Assembly (NCBI GenBank): GCA_029717555.1
Contig: JAMDHS010000038.1
Span: forward strand, 177,002-197,001
Origin: Peribolospora baueri
Lineage: Eukaryota
Length of the DNA: 20,000 nucleotides
Reading direction: 5' to 3'
A model generated the notes under the pieces. The model ran no database searches and was not told where the DNA came from. It saw nothing but the letters and a program-made list of their open reading frames with translations. Shown here in pieces: positions 1 through 10,451 of the stretch. Each line of letters begins with the position of its first letter. Within the stretch, counting starts at the first letter, position 1. Made by a program: the position numbers and the translations under genes.

Positions 1-933
1 ACCAAACGGACACTCTAATTCGCCAATCGCAGCAAACCCAGTTGGGCTAGTACGGATCTACCAATCGTTGTGGACCATATTGCTGCAGCAATACATTTGC
101 GCAACATGTTTTCTTGCATGCAACGTGAGAACCTAGACGCCGCTGAGGAAGGTGGGTAGGGGCGGGCGGGATAGCGGCATGTGAGCGCGCACACACGGAG
201 ACGATGCAGCACGGGGACATGGATGCACATCAATGTGAGGAATGGCTCTGGCGATAGTGATCTACCAGCCTGACAGGAAGAACCCATCCCAACCCCATAT
301 CCCACCTCCGCCGTCCTTCCGCGGCCATATACGCTCGAGACAATGACGAGGACAACGACCAAAGCCTTCATCCAAGTGACTGAGACATCTGCTGTTAAGG
401 GTCAGAATCAGACTCGCGGGAGCATGACAGCCGGTACGCGTCCCCTTCGTCCTTCGCTTCAGAAAGCTCCTGCAGTGAGTTTGCACCCCTCCTAAGCAGA
501 ATGCGTGCACCTCCTTCCCACAGCATCCAATCATCTCTGAAAACGTACGCAATGCACGCGCCGCTTGTGAGGATGGCTTGAGCCTTCGCTTGAGATACGC
601 TTTGAACACGCCGCTGGAGCGCACCAAACAGAAGAGCATATTCTCATCGGGGGCCTGTGGCCGTCTTCCAGACCAGAACGGACGAGAAACGATCATCTAA
701 GTTCTCTCAAGTTCTGCCGAGATTCGGAAGAGGCATACATCTTGACGACAAGTGATAACAAGTTCGGCTGAGTGAATAACGGTGTTCAGGAGAGGAGAAC
801 TAGTCGGAGCGGGGACAAGGCTGGAAGAGGAAGAGGAATGTTGAAAACTGTCAGGACAAGCGGAAGCCACGGGGAAAAATGCCACTTCCCCCCACGGTCA
901 AAGAAACAATGCCTCACAATGTTCCAAGAACGT

Positions 934-1624
934 TCAGTGACCGTACAGCTCGTCCTTAGTAACCACACCTGTGACCATCAGAAATGCCAGGCGTGGAGGC
1001 CAAAGGAAAGCAGTCAGATCGGACCCCTAGCTACCAAGAAAGCCCTTCCCATGCCCACTCACCAAGATCCTTTCTCAGCGGCTCCAGCTCAGCCAGGTAC
1101 TGCTCGTACTGCCCCTTGTTCTCCACCTTCTCCTTCAAGCCTTCAAAGATCCTGACGGCGGTTGAGAAGTCATTGACGCGCCTCGAGGCGTGAAGGGCGG
1201 CCTCGATGACGGAGGGAGAGGGGACGAGGTCGTACGAGAAGCAGTTGTTGAGGCCGCGCTGCAGCTCGAAGAGGTCCTCGACAGAGGAGAAGAATTGAAC
1301 GTAGCGCGCGTTGAAGTCCTCGTACGACTCCTCCTCGTGGGCTGACGCGTAGCCGCGGACTGGAGAGCAATGGGGTTAACCGGTGGTCGGGAAAGCGCGC
1401 GGAAGACAGAAGGGAGGAGGAAAAGGTGAGCATGACCGAAGGTTAACCGCGACTTGGCGCTAAGACGTTCTATACGACTGGCCGGCCCGACGATCTTGCC
1501 GACATCCATGCAACTTGACCCACTCACCCTGAGCGATCGAGAGCGCAGGCCTGGCCGAAAGGACGGAGGTTCGCAAAGAAGACGCGGCGACAGCGGAACG
1601 GAAAGTGCCCGTGAGGAAGGACAT
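934..1624 (-). CDS. COX6: Cytochrome c oxidase subunit Va (yeast Cox6 / COX5A family), 3 exons: 1624-1528, 1359-1063, 968-934; 142 aa
   Basis: Missed by the ORF track. Manual splicing at GTGAGT..CAG introns gives MSFLTGTFRSAVAASSLRTSVLSARPALSIAQ-VRGYASAHEEESYEDFNARYVQFFSSVEDLFELQRGLNNCFSYDLVPSPSVIEAALHASRRVNDFSTAVRIFEGLKEKVENKGQYEQYLAELEPLRKDL-GVVTKDELYGH*. The ELQRGLNNCFxYDLVP and RRVNDFxTAVRIFE motifs are characteristic of COX5A, and the N-terminus looks like a mitochondrial presequence. Confidence 0.96.
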
Positions 1625-1888
1625 GGCCGGCGAGGGAGCAGAAGTGCGAGAAAAGGAGATGGCAGCTCGTCAAGTCGAGAGTTGTATCGTCTCTTCTCAC
1701 CGTCGGTCGCGGCCGTTGGTGAGGCAGGGAAGACCCGGGAGCGTGGGAAATGTCGGTTTAGAACGGAGGTAGGCGGCCCTGGATGTTCTTGGCCTTCTGA
1801 AAAGGACTCGACTTCGTCCCATACTAGCTGGACTCGACTCGACATGGTGTGCGTCAACTCGACTCCTTCTGTGGCAGCAAGAGCAATC

Positions 1889-2818
1889 ATGAGAGCCGTC
1901 AACGTGCGCTCGACGTTGCGCGGCCTTGCCTATGCCGGCGTACCCTCCCTTCCTCGCCCTCCCCTCTGCGCTGCGCCCTCCTGCTCGACTCTCGCGCCAT
2001 CCGTCTCCTCTCCTTCTTCCGCTCGTAACATGGCCAACGTCACTGCCGAGCCCGCTCAACGAAAGCCGTCGGACGTTCGAACACGGCCGAATCCTTCGCC
2101 GACGACGCCAGGCAAAAAGCGGGTCTACACCGGTCGCAAAACGTTCCTCTACGCTTCCTATGACCGCCTCTTCGACACTTCAGAGCTTGTGCTTGTCCTG
2201 CAGCCCAACAACCTGAGCGTAGCGGAGCTGAGCGAGCTCAGGAGAAGCATAGCCGCCATTCATCCCCCGTCGTCGTCACCGTCTCCCGCGGTAGATGGCT
2301 CCAAGGAGGGCACCCGCTCGGCTTCAGCCCAAGGCGCAGAGCTGACGATGGTGCGAGCAGGCATCCTCCAACGGGTTGCGAGGCGGCATCCCAAGCCGGC
2401 TGTCGCATCACTCGCCCCCCTCTTCACGGGCCCGGTTTTATTGCTCACTTGCACCACGCTGGACCCTTCCTATCTATCCAAGGTGCTCGTCACCATCGAC
2501 CGCGCCCTGGGCCATCGACCAAAGAAGGCCCCTGCCTCCGCCGCCGCGCCTGTGCCTTCCAATCCTCGCCTCGTGCTCCTTGGAGGCCTTGTGGAAGGAA
2601 ACTGGGTCCTCCACGTCCCGCAACTGAGGGACGTCAGCAAACTCCCCAGTCTACAGATCTTGCGCGCGCAGATCGTCGGACTATTGAGCGCGCCCGCGGC
2701 GCAGTTGGCTGGCGTGCTGGGCATAGCTGGAGGTGCAGCGCTGGCGAGGACTTTGGAAGGGTTCAGGAAGGGTCTGGAAGAGGGCGGGAAGGAGGCGAAG
2801 GACCGTGAAGCTTCATGA
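1889..2818 (+). CDS. MRPL11: Mitochondrial large-subunit ribosomal protein uL10m (L10 family), apparently intronless, about 309 aa
   Basis: R/S/A-rich presequence from ATG 1889, then an L10-like core: RKTFLYASYDRLF..LVLQPNNLSVAELSELRRSI..LFTGPVLLL..LLGGLVEG..VSKLPSLQILRAQIVGLLSAPAAQL. The start could alternatively be ATG 1844. Confidence 0.85.
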   Translation: MRAVNVRSTLRGLAYAGVPSLPRPPLCAAPSCSTLAPSVSSPSSARNMANVTAEPAQRKPSDVRTRPNPSPTTPGKKRVYTGRKTFLYASYDRLFDTSELVLVLQPNNLSVAELSELRRSIAAIHPPSSSPSPAVDGSKEGTRSASAQGAELTMVRAGILQRVARRHPKPAVASLAPLFTGPVLLLTCTTLDPSYLSKVLVTIDRALGHRPKKAPASAAAPVPSNPRLVLLGGLVEGNWVLHVPQLRDVSKLPSLQILRAQIVGLLSAPAAQLAGVLGIAGGAALARTLEGFRKGLEEGGKEAKDREAS

Positions 2819-3244
2819 GCGATGTACGCGCTGTCACGTATATACACATTCACACGTGCCTTCGCGCTGGAGAGCAACAAGTCGCATCCGTAACGACTTG
2901 CGCCCGTCCCCGATGAAGACTCGCTCGCCCCTCACGAAAATAAATGAGCTTTTCCCGGGCCGATACTTGTTCGTAACCGAGTTGCCCATCGACAATCCTA
3001 CGATATTCTCATGCGAGAGAGTAGACGATAGACACTGGGACACCGCGCCGGCGGCGAAGAAGGGCGGTGCCGCACGATCGGCTGCGGAACACTTTCCGCC
3101 AGGTCACAACCAACCCCCCTTCCATCCCGTCCATCTTCTAACCCCCCTTCGTTCGATAACAGCGGGAGACGACCGAAAGGAGGCGGCGCACGCAGGACGG
3201 CAGCACTTTCATCCGCTCCACCTCTTCTTGAACCTCGCACCGCC

Positions 3245-6200
3245 ATGACTGCCTCACCCTCGTCGCCTTCAGCGTCCCGCACCCTCCTAGATGCCCTCTC
3301 CAAGGTCCGACACGATGCCAGCATCTCGCTCGACTCTGGCGTCGCCGGTCTGTCGTCATCCTCGGACGGAGGAGGAGGAGAAGAGGAAGTTTGGCAAGGC
3401 GTCAGAAGAGAGGCCAAGGTTGTCGCTGATGCGCTCAGGACCGGTGAGCTAGCTACCAGGAGCATGACAATGCAGCCAAGGCGCTTTTCCTTCTTGCTCG
3501 TTGGTTTGGGACACTGGATTGACCATCCTCCGGCCACTTTGTCGTTGTCATTTCCAACCGTATCATTGTAGTCGATCTCCGAGGGCCTCTGGGAAAGACG
3601 GACCTTCCGCCCACCGTCGTCTCTCTTCTTCGCTTGTCGTACCAAGCGTCCACGGAGCAGCAGGAACAGGTTAGGCTGGCTCAGATTGAGCTGTTAAGGG
3701 TCATCGCGAATTTGTGCATTGACGACGGTGAGAAATTGAGTGGGAGGACGATTTGCTATCCGAAGGAAATGCTGACGGGCTACGAGCGACGGTGTCACTC
3801 CTCACCCTCCTCGCCCTTTCTGCAGACGCAAATCGAACTGTCCTTCTGGACGCCTCTGCTCCAACCACGATAATCTCCTTCCTGGACACTGTCTTACGCT
3901 CCGCTGAGTTGGCCTCGGAGCCCCTGACTAGCGAAGACTTGCGGCTGTTCAAGACTGCCATTGGAGCAGTCTTGAACCTTCAACTCGATCATGGTGCGTG
4001 GCATAACTTTACGTCTTCTTCTCGTCGTATTTTCCAGCCAATTTTCTCTTTTCAAGCGTGCATGTCTGACACGCAATGCTTGATGTCTTCCAGCTCCGGT
4101 TCGAGACTCGCTCGTTACACCCACTTCCCTATCCCTCCTCCTCCGCACCGCCTCCTCTCCCAAAATATATACCCTTTCGCAGTGGGAGAAGACCGATGCT
4201 GGCTCGAAGCCGGCAAGCGAGGAAGAGGAGAAACTGCGAATCAAGCTCAGTCAGTCGATCAGCAGGTGGGCTTGGAGGGTTCTGGAGGATCTGTGCGGCT
4301 TGGGTGAGTGCAGGCCGCCCCCTGGCATTTTTTTCCCCGGAAAGCCTGAGTGTCGGGTGTCGAGTCCTTGTCCCTTCACCGCTGCTTCCCGCCCTACAAT
4401 GTTGTCTCAGATCTTCCTGAACTCTCCATTATCATTGTGTCTGGCTCTCCTTCCCTTCAGAGCAAGCGAAGGCAATTCTGCCGCAAACGTCGATCGCCCC
4501 GCTCTTCATTCCTCTGCTCCCCTACCTGCCCTCTGATGCAACTCCAACTACTACAACCGCGGCCGCCTCGCACCTGTCTCCCACTGCGACACTCCACTGG
4601 ACATCAGAGGAGACGGAAGACCTGATCGAAGGCGACGCGGACGCGCTCCAGGTCGCTGCTGAACTAATCGAAGCCATGGCCCTCGACTCCGAGTCGTTCA
4701 GGCAAATGGCGATCCGCAAAGAAGGACTTCCCAAGGAAGCTGAAGAGAGCTGGGAAGGAGCGGATGGGTACGGGTCGGCGAGGAATCCCTTGGATCTCCT
4801 CATGGCGTTCCTTGACGTCGGCGCTTCTCCGCCCAGTTGGGGTCCCCTCTATCTCTCCTCTTCCACGACTCCCACTGCGACCACCGCCACCACCTCGGCA
4901 GCGGTGGAAACTTTGGAGAGCCCTTCTTCGGCCTCACAGAGCTCACGCCTTAAGACCTTTGCTTCCGTTAAGGCGGCCGTGGGGCGCGCCATCGTAGCTG
5001 TCGCGGGCGAGGACGCAAACATGGCGTTCCTGTTTGGCGAGGTAGCGGCGGACGGCGAGGCATCGAGATCGGACGGGAAGGGTTGGTTCGTGGAGAGGTT
5101 AAACGAGTGGCTTGGGAGGGACGAAGTGAGGGAGGTGAGGGATAGGAGGGAGGATCTTGCCGGCATCGCGTTGCTCGCTTTGGGCAATTTGGCCAGGACG
5201 GGTGAGTACCGAGTGTCAGTTGACATCGGATGCACCAGTACTGTTTTCGCCGAGTCAAGTTTCCCTCACGCCTTTCATTCCGTTTCGTGTCATTCCGGGG
5301 TGGTCAAGACTCCCACTGCCTGGCTCTCGTTCACGAGCACGACGTGGTTCCCACGTTGGCCCGCATGCTCCGACGACCAGATTCAAACGTCCAAGTCCAG
5401 CACGGCCTTGTGGGCCTGCTTAAGAACCTGGCCATCCCGCCCGCCAACAAGAACGTAATTGGTCAATCCGGCGTTATCGAATCGGTAGCTCCGTTTTTGG
5501 GTAGAAAGAAGGACATGGTGCAGCCGCTACAGTTTGGAACTGTCGGCCTGCTGAAACATCTGAGCGCGGGCAACCTCCAGAACACGCTACGCATAGTGCT
5601 TCCCTCACCTGCCCTGCCTGACTTGACTGCGACCAAGCAGGGCGAGGAAGGGGACGAGGACGAGCCTTCGTCGGTGCTGGATCGCCTTCTCGATCTCGTG
5701 GAGCGGACTGACGACGTGCCTACGCGCATGGAAGGCACGCGCGTGTTGGTCAACGTCGTGAAGAGCCTTTGGTCGTCCTCTTCATCGGCCGCGACTGCCT
5801 TGCCGGTGGGAGGGAATGCACGGGAGGTCGCGACGGCCAAGGAGATAATGAAGCGGATGGAAGTGGTGAAGGGGCTGAGCGAGATGGTCAGACTGAGCGT
5901 CAAATACCCCGTTTTGGTCAACGAGGGCGTCTTAGGATTGACGTTGGTGGGCAGTGATAGGAAAGGAGGTGAGCGTCGTCTAGGCTCTGCGCAGGCTTCG
6001 GACCTTCGGCTTATCCCTGTCTCGCTTGATTGTCTCCCCTCATCCGCCGGCTTTCCCAGCGGCGCTCGTCCTCGCCGCCCTGGTTCAAGAGCCCCCTGCG
6101 TCGTCCGCGTCAGCCGAGGAGCGCGAGCGCAAGCCAAGGCAAGGGAGCATGGACGAAAGCGCGGGCTCGACTACTTCCCAACCCCCGCGGCCCACTTCAC

Positions 6201-6529
6201 TCGACACAATCATTGGCGTGTTGGAACGCAGCGACCCGAGGATGCCACCCCAATTCGCGCTCAACGCTTGCCAGATGCTGTCCTCGCTCGCTTCGGCCAC
6301 TCGAGATCCGACTGGAGGGAGAACAGTGGTAGTGGAGGAGGGAGATGACGAAGAGGCCAAGGCGATCAGGGAGGATTTGCAAGTGGTCAAAACCAAGGCC
6401 CAGGCGGCGCTGGTGGCTCTGTCCGGGTCTGAGGGCCGAGTAGAGGAGAGCCAGGGTCATGGCGCCGCGGCGGGTCAGGAAGTCAAGTCAGGAGCGAGAC
6501 GGGCTCTGCAGAAGTTGAGGGAGACATGA
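3245..6529 (+). CDS. Armadillo-repeat protein, SmgGDS/RAP1GDS1-like small-GTPase dissociation stimulator; 7 exons: 3245-3443, 3572-3727, 3826-3993, 4094-4303, 4461-5201, 5309-5968, 6060-6529; about 867 aa
   Basis: GT-AG splicing joins the ORF fragments in frame. ARM-type motifs include ELLRVIANLCIDDDANR, IGAVLNL, LALGNLARTDSHCLALV and VQHGLVGLLKNLAIPPANKNVIG..DMVQPLQFGTVGLLKHL. The family assignment is from recalled motif similarity. Confidence 0.75.
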
Positions 6530-7051
6530 CGGGTAGTGGGTGTGCTTCCGCTACCGCACTTTCGTTTGTCTTAGACTTGTTGCTATGCCTGGATTGCTGT
6601 TTGGACATCGTATACCGTGACAATGAGAATTTGATGGAAAGAATGTCGGGGTGCATAAGGAAGCTAGACGGCGCACTTATACTTCGTCCCCGCGTACATG
6701 ATGGTTTCAGGTATTGACGACAACATCTCAGAACATGCCATCCCGTCGATATCTTAATAGAGCTGATCACATTGATACCGCAACACATCACGACAGCGAA
6801 GCACTTGCCTGGGCTTCAAGATGATCCGGGCGCCGACTATTTTCTCACAGACCCACCAGACCATATTCGGTGACCACCATTGGCTCCTTTGGTGGAAGAA
6901 CGGAGTGCTCCAGCTTGTCTCTCTTCCAGTCTTTTTCGGGACACAGAAAGCTTCAGACAAGATGCTTTCCTACTTCCAGTTGCTGTGGTGTGCATCTCGT
7001 GTCTTGCAATAAAGAGTTGCCAAATGACGACAGGGCATGCATCGTGGGTAT

Positions 7052-8545
7052 CTAGCTTTCCCCTCGTTCATCTACACTCTCCCGAATCCGCTGGCCGAGC
7101 TCCCTCAAAAAGCCCAGCCAGGCCCACCGTTCCCCGACCTCTGCCTCGTACCACCAGTTGACGCTGACGCACATCCCTTCATCCGTCGGAGAGCTCGCTC
7201 CCCGCCCCTCTCGCTCCTCCCACTTGTCGCCGCGCTGCTCGACGTGGTGCAGCCATCCGCTGGGCAAGTAGAGCATTTCTCCGGCTTTGAGGCGAATTCG
7301 AGCTGCCCGTCGAGCGTGCTGGAACCTTGGGAAAGGAACGTTGCGAGGGTGGGAGGCTGGTAGAAGAGGATCGACCGGAATCCATGGCGTGGGCGGGTCT
7401 GAAGCGCACATCGTCAGTCTCAAGTCGCTGCGACGCGTTGGCGGGTCGGAAGAAATGCGAGGCTCCCATCGTGCGATCGGATAGGGCGTGTCTAGTTGCA
7501 CGACAGTCCAGAGCAGGCACGACGCATGTGATGAGTGAGAAGACCCTCCTCCCTTCTGAAAGCTCGCCCTTACCGTCATGAAAAAAGTAGGCGTCTGTCG
7601 GCGCATACAAGGTGAAGATCTTTTCTCCCCGTATCACGCCGAACAGATTCTCGTAATGATCTCTGGAGAGGTTGCAACGCCGGTGGAAAGGGTGAACTCT
7701 CGGGTGCAAGGATCCTGGGCCGACGGGCGACGAAGATCTGGCAAGCTCAACAAACGCACCGATGCGAACTAGTAACGCTCCGACTGTCCCCTGCCCAAAA
7801 ATTGACCGCCTCCGGCTTCTTGCCTCCCAGTGCTTCAGTGGCCCAATCGATATGCTCGTCAACATCTCGTGCCAACGGAGAGAACTCGGACGATAGGTTG
7901 TCATTTTGAGTTTGCAAATAGTAGACAAGCGAGTCGGACGAAGAAGAAGAAGAGGAGGCGAGGAGAGATAGAAAGGTGGAAAACGTCCTACAGAGGCCAA
8001 GCGGTAAATTTGTCAATAAAAACGACCATAGCGCTCCGCGGCCTAATCCGGACAATCGTCTTCCTCAGCTCACATGGTCTCCTCATGCGGCAGAGCGAAC
8101 ACGGCCTGTCCGTCCTCCGTATGCCTGACGGAGTCAGCCCGACCGTCGGGAGTGACAGCCACCGTCAGCGGAGCATCACCCAACGTGCGCGCCAAGTATT
8201 CGTTCGTCCATAGCGTTAAAGCGGGCATGTGCGAGAGGGCATCTGAGAAGCAATTAAATCGTATTGGCAAAAGTTCGCAAGACGCCACCCGTTCGTCCGT
8301 ACAGATCGACAGAAGAGTTGCGACAGGGAAAGAATGACATGTGAGCGAGGGGCCTGTGCCAGACCGTACGGGGACGGTTGAGACTCACTCTTGATGATTG
8401 CTGGTCCGCCGGCCTTCACGACCCGGGCAAACTCGAGCGCAGTCGGCGGCTTGTCGAAGACGGGGATGTGCTCGCCACGGAGCTCGCGCGCCTCATCGGA
8501 GAGGGCGATGGTAGCTTCAAGGAACTGCTCTGCCGAAATGGACAT
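7052..8545 (-). CDS. JMJD7: JmjC/Cupin_8 2-oxoglutarate-Fe(II) oxygenase, JMJD7-like; 5 exons: 8545-8389, 8242-8074, 7987-7760, 7662-7574, 7491-7052; about 360 aa
   Basis: [63 protein letters not shown] (HxD iron ligands, split by an intron), GEKIFTL, PWIPVDP and GEMLYLPSGWLHHVEQ..VNWWY. The exon lengths sum to a complete reading frame. Confidence 0.88.
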
Positions 8546-8596
8546 ATCTTCCCGGCGTGCGAGTATCTGATAGAGGCGAGTTGCAGGCGTTCCTAG

Positions 8597-8607
8597 TAAC
8601 CCTAACC
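8597..8607. promoter_or_regulatory. Telobox-like interstitial telomere motif TAACCCTAACC upstream of the JMJD7-like gene
   Basis: The sequence is seen directly about 50 nt upstream of the JMJD7 ATG. A role as a Tbf1/Myb-type binding site is inferred. Confidence 0.45.
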
Positions 8608-9035
8608 GTTATTCGACGTCGACCTTGACGTCGATCATCCCTTCCCGTCGGGCACTCGGTCAGACACACGGTAAGAACATTAATGGTATCTACGTGCCGA
8701 AGTGCAGGACTACACTGTGATGAGATATGAGATTGCAAAGGGGGGAAGACCAAGAGTAGGCGCCGAGGATCGAATGGAAGGACCTGTCGCTTCGGCGCAG
8801 AACCTGATCGTAGAGATCCGCACAAGCCACCTACACTTCTTCCTTTCGCATTATCTCCTTCGGCAGCCACCGATCTCCCTTTCTCTCACCATGCCGAGTA
8901 ACTAGACAGGCGGATACCTTATCGACGACGGGCGAATTTGCGCGAGACAAGACACGACGGGGCAGATTAGAACGACCAAAGATGGGAGACGACCGAGCTC
9001 CATAGCAAACCAGTACGTGCCGCAGCCAACGCTGC

Positions 9036-9048
9036 AACCCTAACCCTA
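9036..9048. promoter_or_regulatory. Telobox-like motif AACCCTAACCCTA upstream of RPL17
   Basis: Two telomeric CCCTAA-type units lie about 130 nt upstream of a ribosomal protein ATG. Such motifs are known in ribosomal protein promoters (Tbf1 in Candida, telo-box in plants). Confidence 0.55.
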
Positions 9049-9178
9049 CTATTTGCTACTGTAGACCGTGAGAAAAACTTGGCAGTTCCAATCTTCGCGA
9101 TGGCTGTCCGATCCGCTTCTCAGCTGTCCACCGCTCTCAATATCGCCCTTCAAGATCTCAAAGGAGCAGCAAGTCGCA

Positions 9179-10451
9179 ATGGTGGGTGTCGTCAGCGCCC
9201 GTGCACTACGTATGGGAGGATGTATGAATGGGCTTTGGGTGGTGCTGGCTAAGATTGCGTTGACATTGGTGGATGTGGGAGCCTGAGGGAAGGAATAGTC
9301 GGAAGCAAGGTCGAAGGAGACGGGAGAGTGCGCTGACCGTGCTCCATTACCTCTTGTTCTCCCTCGCCATTTTATGTCATCCCCGTTGTTCGCATTCGCT
9401 TTCTCTGCACGTCCTACTCACATCGTGATCGACTTTGGATGCTTTGGATGGAACATGTGGTTGTTCGTGTGTTGGTGGTATAGGTCCGTTACGCCGCTCA
9501 GCACATCAACGAGGAGAAGTGTGAGTAATGGAGAGGTCATGTGGACGGAAAAACATGGCGGAGAGAGGGGGACGTCTGTGTTGTCATGCTCACGAGAAGC
9601 CTCGCTACCTCGCCTTACTACACATCAGCCTCCCGCTCCCGCGGCCAGTACCTTCGCGTGCACTTCAAGAACACGCGCGAGACGGCTGCCGTCCTCTCTG
9701 GCATGAAGCTCCAGAAGGCGTTCAAGTTCCTCGACGACGTCCAGGAGAAGAAGCAAATTGTGCCTTTCCGCCGTTTCAACGGCGGTGTTGGCCGTCAGGC
9801 TCAGGCCAAGCAGTGGAACACCACTCAGGGTGCGTTTCTTTCTCTGATGGACCCTTCGCTCCCATTCTGTTCCTTCAGCTCGCAGCTCATTAGTAGTATC
9901 CTCGATGGTGCTCCGGACGCCTCGGCCCCATATACTTTCCTTCAGGTCGTTGGCCGCAGAAGTCGGCCAAGTTCCTCCGCGGTCTCCTCAAGAACGCGGA
10001 GGCCAACGCGGAGGGCAAGGGTCTTGACGTGGAGGACCTGGTCATTGCCAACATCTGCGTTCAGCAGGCTCCCGTGAGTATTCTTTTCAATTTACTTTAC
10101 TAAGTTCTTGTTCGGGCTTGCGGCCCGGCAGCCACACTGGGACTGATGTCTGATCTCATGGCCCTCGCTCGCGCTTCTTAGAAAACCCGCCGCCGCACCT
10201 ACCGTGCGCACGGTCGCATCAACCCCTACCTTGGTCACCCTTGCCACAGTGAGTAATTCGTCTTTGCCCTTGGCACTTATCTTTGTCTCCGGAGTACCAA
10301 CCGTCTTGCTCCTGCTTGTCCCCACCCAGTCGAGATCCACCTCACCCAGCCGACCGCCGAGGTTCCCAAGGCTGCTGAGGAGACTGCTCTCGTCCCCCGC
10401 TTGAACAGGAGGCAGCTCGCGAGGAAGCGCATCGAGGCCTCTCGGGCGTAA
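9179..10451 (+). CDS. RPL17: 60S ribosomal protein L17 (uL22); 6 exons: 9179-9181, 9484-9520, 9629-9829, 9946-10073, 10182-10248, 10330-10451; 185 aa
   Basis: Spliced product: [100 protein letters not shown]. The ATG-only first coding exon is inferred from ATG|GTGGGT at 9179. Confidence 0.97.

Noticed and set aside
1454..1888. N-terminal extension of the 454-aa ORF, and the antisense 255-aa ORF 1135-1902
   Set aside because: The extension starts at TTG and overlaps COX6 exon 1 and the promoter. These are GC-rich read-through frames, and the real proteins are uL10m from about 1889 and spliced Cox6.
1889..2818. Intronless uL10m as a retrocopy
   Set aside because: There is no poly(A) remnant or target-site duplication, the frame is intact, and the gene sits in a normal divergent promoter arrangement.
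6530..7051. Short ORFs between the ARM gene and JMJD7
   Set aside because: They are 60-100 aa with no recognisable motifs, and the lower-GC sequence is consistent with convergent 3' UTRs.
9036..9048. Telomere-repeat motifs as a telomerase RNA template or a chromosome end
   Set aside because: There are only about two units, at several promoter-proximal sites and on both strands. I saw no supporting pseudoknot or other telomerase RNA element, so protein-binding sites are the simpler explanation.
10074..10181. snoRNA in RPL17 introns (vertebrate RPL17 hosts SNORD58)
   Set aside because: I found no RTGATGA C box paired with a downstream CTGA in any RPL17 intron here.
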